Below are positions 57,474 through 58,837 of a stretch of DNA of 58,837 bases, piece after piece. The position numbers were made by a program, and so were the translations under genes. Below the pieces are notes generated by a model. It was given only the letters and a program-made list of their open reading frames with translations, searched no databases and had not been told where the DNA came from. The stretch covers positions 1 through 58,837 of IMG/VR virus record IMGVR_UViG_3300028025_002566. One strand, written 5' to 3'. How positions within the stretch are numbered: position 1 is the first letter of the stretch; each line of letters begins with the position of its first letter. Source of the stretch: a virus. Its lineage: Duplodnaviria > Caudoviricetes.

Positions 57474-57489
57474 CTATTAGGTACCGTCT
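57474..57489 (-). promoter_or_regulatory. Putative phage RNAP promoter
   Basis: rc AGACGGTACCTAATAG. Confidence 0.72.
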
Positions 57490-57652
57490 GACTTTCTTTC
57501 TACAGGAATACGACCGATGTAAGTTACATAAGGTTCTTTGGCAATAAGGAACAAGTCACCGGTACTTGTATCATAGTACATACCGTTAGGATAATTCCAG
57601 TTATCTCTTACAGGCCAGATATCTGGTTTGGTACATGGATAGATAGTATAGA

Positions 57653-57961
57653 TCATGTATGAAACACTTTCTTTATAGGTGTGCTATTGATAGCAGTAAC
57701 ACAAACAGGACAAGGTTTAGCTAACAGATACTCTGTACGTTTACCTTTACGAAAGATATGTATAGAGTGTGCTTTAGATATATCTTTACACTTGATGATA
57801 GCATCTATCTCTGCATGTAGATATATCTTTTCTGGATGACCAGCTTTCTTGGCACATTCTGCTTGGTAAGGATGAGTCTTTACATAGTTGTTTTGACCTA
57901 TACTTAGAATGTTACCCTTTTTATCTTTAATAAGAGCAGTTATGTACTGTATATCACTCAT
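57653..57961 (-). CDS. Cytidine/deoxycytidylate deaminase-fold protein
   Basis: LHAEIDAI..AKPCPVC. Confidence 0.8.
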   Translation of the reverse strand: MSDIQYITALIKDKKGNILSIGQNNYVKTHPYQAECAKKAGHPEKIYLHAEIDAIIKCKDISKAHSIHIFRKGKRTEYLLAKPCPVCVTAINSTPIKKVFHT

Positions 57962-58119
57962 TATCTTTAGTACGATACCTATTAGGAATAAACTTCTTTA
58001 CACCTAACAGTTTACCATGAAGAAAGGTTTTTTGGATACCTGTATCTGGGTCATATACTACACGTATCTCAGATTTAACTTTCTCTTTGATACGTTTGAT
58101 CAGATCAAAGTACGTATCA

Positions 58120-58512
58120 TTAGTTGTATTTGAAGAAGGAGTCGTCATGGTATACATCCTTGGTTGTTGATGAGTAACAGTCAATTACCTTATGATCATT
58201 ATTTAACTTGAGCATTACATATGGACCACAAGGACTACCCTCTGGGTAATTGAAAGTCATAATATTTTCTGTTTTAGACTTAGCAAACCTATCTTCAGTA
58301 TGAAAGAACATAAAAGAGTAACAAGGTTTAACTCTGAACTTATAGTTTTTATTAGTAACTCTATATACATCACTATTATCTTTACTGTTATAACTTGGAA
58401 TATCTAACCAATAACCCTCATTAAACCATTGAATATCATACCCTAAGACATATAACTCTACTAGTTCAGGAGAGGATCCCTCATATACTGTATTGCAGTT
58501 AATGTTCTTCAT
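58120..58512 (-). CDS. Hypothetical protein
   Basis: ORF track. Confidence 0.55.
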   Translation of the reverse strand: MKNINCNTVYEGSSPELVELYVLGYDIQWFNEGYWLDIPSYNSKDNSDVYRVTNKNYKFRVKPCYSFMFFHTEDRFAKSKTENIMTFNYPEGSPCGPYVMLKLNNDHKVIDCYSSTTKDVYHDDSFFKYN

Positions 58513-58613
58513 ATATCTATTCTCTTTCTTTGTTACTTGAATTAAAGATACTTGTAATATAGGTACTGTTATTAATAATACCTATATTAATATTACTTGT
58601 CAGGGAAAGTTAC

Positions 58614-58629
58614 CTATTAGGTACCGGCT
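58614..58629 (-). promoter_or_regulatory. Putative phage RNAP promoter
   Basis: rc AGCCGGTACCTAATAG; partial second copy near 58644-58657. Confidence 0.75.
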
Positions 58630-58700
58630 AACTCTGTTGGAGGTTAGTTACCGGCTAAATTGTACTTACCTAGCTCGTTGTAGATTGCAGTCAGAACATC

Positions 58701-58826
58701 GTCATAAGGTAGTTTTGGAGCAAACTTTTTCTCTGTCATCATATCTTGTATATGCGTACCATAGTTACCTAGTTGATACAGAGTCTGTGCTTCTTCAGGT
58801 GTTTCAATAGTGATAGTAATAGTGAT
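58701..58826. repeat. Terminal direct repeat, right copy
   Basis: Identical to 1-126. Confidence 0.9.
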
Positions 58827-58837
58827 GTATATAGAGT

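Noticed and set aside
58701-58837. 126-bp terminal repeat as a biological DTR
   Set aside because: The length is close to a common assembler k-mer overlap and the last 11 nt diverge; it is best read as a circularity signal until reads are examined

Overview
The window is an apparently complete, circularly assembled lytic podovirus-like dsDNA phage genome of about 58.7 kb (bases 1-126 recur at 58701-58826). It has two arms. The + strand arm (1982-34354) is the virion module: terminase, portal, scaffold, DUF5309/SU10-type capsid, adaptor, tail fibres, an embedded lysis cassette, PhoH and large Cys-free ejection proteins. The - strand arm (34405-58512, continuing across the join to 451-1740) holds the early and replication genes: T7-like RNA polymerase, primase-helicase, PolA, exonuclease, SSB, DNA and RNA ligases, class Ia RNR with a fused glutaredoxin, Dps, deaminases and five tRNAs. 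No integrase or repressor was recognised. The main observation is a two-polymerase transcription system. Besides the 735-aa T7-type RNAP (39665-41872), the last ejection gene (30944-34354, 1136 aa, no Cys) carries recognisable but divergent single-subunit RNAP motifs in the correct order. This suggests a compact, stand-alone virion-packaged RNAP comparable in size to the N4 mini-vRNAP domain. A 16-nt motif (consensus AGYYGGTACCTAATA-G/C) occurs 8 times at module starts, always in the direction of transcription, and is the likely phage promoter. A different, weaker motif precedes the RNAP and SSB genes. All family assignments come from motif recognition by eye; no searches were run.
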